Assembly: GCA_015490835.1 (NCBI GenBank)
Contig: WFXA01000222.1
Coordinates: 1-60,670, forward strand
DNA length: 60,670 nucleotides
Direction of reading: 5' to 3'
Origin: Flavobacteriaceae bacterium
Lineage (GTDB): Bacteria; Bacteroidota; Bacteroidia; Flavobacteriales; Flavobacteriaceae
Part shown: one piece after another, positions 58,828 to 60,670 of the stretch
How the letters are laid out: each line of letters opens with the position of its first letter
How positions within the stretch are numbered: the first letter of the stretch is position 1
The notes under the pieces: model-generated
Told to the model about the DNA's origin: nothing
The model's input: only the letters and a program-made list of their open reading frames with translations
Databases searched by the model: none
Made by a program: the position numbers and the translations under genes

Positions 58828-58868
58828 CAAATATAACTAAATTTTTAGTTTAAACTAATCTTTTAGTT
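58828..58868 (-). promoter_or_regulatory. BlaI-operon promoter: -7 element TATATTTG plus two tandem AACTAA-N4-TTAGTT palindromes
   Basis: Palindromes at 58835-58850 and 58853-58868; the -7 element at 58828-58835 (minus strand) abuts the first one. Confidence 0.75.
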
Positions 58869-58915
58869 AAAAATTTGTAACTTTTTTTATTTTTACAGAC
58901 AGATAGTGTGATATT

Positions 58916-59416
58916 ATGGATATATTTTTTCTTATTCTCGGGTTTTTATTAATGCTTTTAGGCATTGTAGGAAGTATTTTACCGGTATTACCCGGAACAC
59001 CTATAAGTTGGTTAGGGTTATTAATGCTTTATTTAGCTCCTTCTATTAAACCGGATTGGTGGTTTTTAGGAATTACTTTAGTAATTGCCGTTTTTATTTA
59101 TGTGATGGATTATATAGTTCCTGCAATAGGCACAAAAAAGTTTGGTGGTAGTAAAGCCGGTGTATGGGGTGCTGTCTTAGGTTTAGTTGTCGGTCTTTTG
59201 GCTCCTATTCCTTTTGGTATTATTATCGGTCCCTTTATTGGGGCGTTAATGGGCGAATTGTTAGTTGCTAAAAAAGATGGCTATCAGGCTTTTAAAGCAG
59301 CTTTTGGTTCATTCATCGGGTTTTTGGCTTCAACTTTTATGAAGTTAATGGCAACACTAATTTATTTAATCCTCTTTATCGTTAAAGTTTGGGAATATAA
59401 AGATGTATGGTTTTAA
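58916..59416 (+). CDS. DUF456 family membrane protein
   Basis: GSILPVLPG, GTKKFGGSKAG, GIIIGPFIGA..GE. Confidence 0.88.
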   Translation: MDIFFLILGFLLMLLGIVGSILPVLPGTPISWLGLLMLYLAPSIKPDWWFLGITLVIAVFIYVMDYIVPAIGTKKFGGSKAGVWGAVLGLVVGLLAPIPFGIIIGPFIGALMGELLVAKKDGYQAFKAAFGSFIGFLASTFMKLMATLIYLILFIVKVWEYKDVWF

Positions 59417-59965
59417 TTAAAGCCATTGTGTTAGTTCTTCAATAGGTCTTCGGTCCCAATCTTCCGGAAATTCGTCGGTATGTCCCATAAAGAAAAAACC
59501 CAAGCACACTTCTGTTTCTTCCAACTTAAAAAAATCATTTAGTTTGTTGGCGAAAGGGGGTGTCCCCCAGTAAGCTCCAATACCTTTTTCGGTAGCAAGT
59601 AACCACATATTTTGTACCGCCATAGCGACTGCTGCTTGCTCTTCCCATAAGGCTACACTTTCGTCGCGTTTCATACAAACGGCTATTACAGCACCCGATT
59701 TTACCGGCTTTTCTTTTATTTTTTTATACTTAATTTTTGAAAACTTAGGTGCAAATGCTTTATATGCTTCAGAGAGGGCTTCACTAAAAACTTTTTTTGA
59801 AGTTTCGCTGTGCATAACCTTAAATCGCCATGGTTGTGTTTTTTTATGAGTTGGGGCATAATTTGCCGCTTCTAAAATCTCATAAATATCTTCTCTAGAT
59901 ATTGGAGTGTCGTTGTATTGTGGAGGATACACCGATCGCCGGTTTTTAATAACTTTTAAAATCAT
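59417..59965 (-). CDS. Nitroreductase family protein (YdjA-like)
   Basis: IKNRRSV, AANYAPTHKKTQPWRF, AVAMAVQNMWL. Confidence 0.92.
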   Translation of the reverse strand: MILKVIKNRRSVYPPQYNDTPISREDIYEILEAANYAPTHKKTQPWRFKVMHSETSKKVFSEALSEAYKAFAPKFSKIKYKKIKEKPVKSGAVIAVCMKRDESVALWEEQAAVAMAVQNMWLLATEKGIGAYWGTPPFANKLNDFFKLEETEVCLGFFFMGHTDEFPEDWDRRPIEELTQWL

Positions 59966-60039
59966 ACCTGAATTGTTTTTAGTGAAGCAAAACTACCATA
60001 AAAATAAAAAATGCTTTGTAACAAAAATAACAAACTCGT

Positions 60040-60615
60040 TTATCCATTTTCTGATAGTAAAAGTTTTTCAATTACTTTAGGAAAATAGTTGTACTCAAGT
60101 GTGTGTATTTTTTGCGCAATACTTTCAGGAGTGTCCTTTTTTGAAACAAGGATGCTTTTTTGAAAAATAATAGCTCCTTTATCATAATCTTCATTTACAT
60201 AATGAATGGTAATGCCTGTTTCTTTTTCATGATTATCAATTACAGCTTGGTGTACACGCATACCATACATTCCTTTTCCACCGTATTTAGGAAGAAGTGC
60301 CGGATGAATGTTAATAATTCTGTTTGGAAATTGCCGTATAATAGTTTCCGGAAACTTCAATAAAAATCCCGCTAACACAATAATATCCGGATTTTCATTC
60401 TGTAAAATCCTTAAAACTTTATTAGAACCTTGTAATTCTTCTTTGGTAAAACATACCGAAGGAATATTTAGTTTCTTAGCTCTATCTAATACGTAAGCGT
60501 TTTTCTTGTTAGAAAGAATCATTGAGACCCTAGCATTTGAGTTACTATTAAAATATGTTGCTATGTTTTGAGCATTGGTTCCACTACCCGATGCAAAAAT
60601 AACGATACGTTTCAT
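60040..60615 (-). CDS. purN: Phosphoribosylglycinamide formyltransferase
   Basis: FASGSGTN, LAGFL, INIHPALLPKYGG, GITIHYV..YDKG. Confidence 0.97.
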   Translation of the reverse strand: MKRIVIFASGSGTNAQNIATYFNSNSNARVSMILSNKKNAYVLDRAKKLNIPSVCFTKEELQGSNKVLRILQNENPDIIVLAGFLLKFPETIIRQFPNRIINIHPALLPKYGGKGMYGMRVHQAVIDNHEKETGITIHYVNEDYDKGAIIFQKSILVSKKDTPESIAQKIHTLEYNYFPKVIEKLLLSENG

Positions 60616-60670
60616 AGAAGTAATTTGTTTTGTTTATTGGTATTCGCTTGCAAGGTATAAAATACAAATA

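Noticed and set aside
310-60496. Numerous 60-140 aa ORFs antisense to or nested within long genes (e.g. 1914..2186, 15421..15801, 39941..40330, 45419..45850)
   Set aside because: They overlap well-supported genes and show no recognisable motifs; expected shadow ORFs.
1-60670. CRISPR arrays, tRNA/rRNA genes, prophage or known anti-phage defence genes
   Set aside because: No regularly spaced repeats, RNA-gene-like GC-rich segments, or phage/defence motifs were seen; intergenic gaps are short and AT-rich. A covariance-model scan was not run.

Overview
AT-rich chromosomal window from a Bacteroidota genome, most likely a marine-type Flavobacteriaceae. Evidence for this: T9SS C-terminal sorting domains, TAnnTTTG -7 promoter elements and the rpsP-rimM-tRNA methyltransferase gene order. 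Most of the window is housekeeping: rnpA, S41/M1/S8 peptidases, hflX, sucAB, rsmA, mgtE, gcdH, rimM, rpsP, ruvC, purN. Five accessory elements stand out. (1) A ~14 kb module: korA-korB (2-oxoacid:ferredoxin oxidoreductase) runs directly into an 11-subunit 'headless' complex I (nuoABCDHIJKLMN, no nuoEFG) and a 106-aa unknown ORF. A divergent 2[4Fe-4S] ferredoxin and a Crp/Fnr-like box lie upstream. I infer a self-contained 2-oxoacid -> ferredoxin -> quinone ion-pumping chain, ~5 kb from the NAD-linked sucAB. (2) Four tandem T9SS-secreted beta-helix proteins with no SusC/SusD. (3) An IS1-family element that truncates an IS110 remnant. (4) The 3' end of a PoNi (DUF1911)-like toxin-immunity gene at the left edge, missed by the ORF track. 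(5) A BlaI/M56-TonB-C operon with a tandem palindromic operator overlapping its promoter. No rRNA, tRNA or CRISPR array was seen. All family calls are from motif recognition by eye; no database searches were run.
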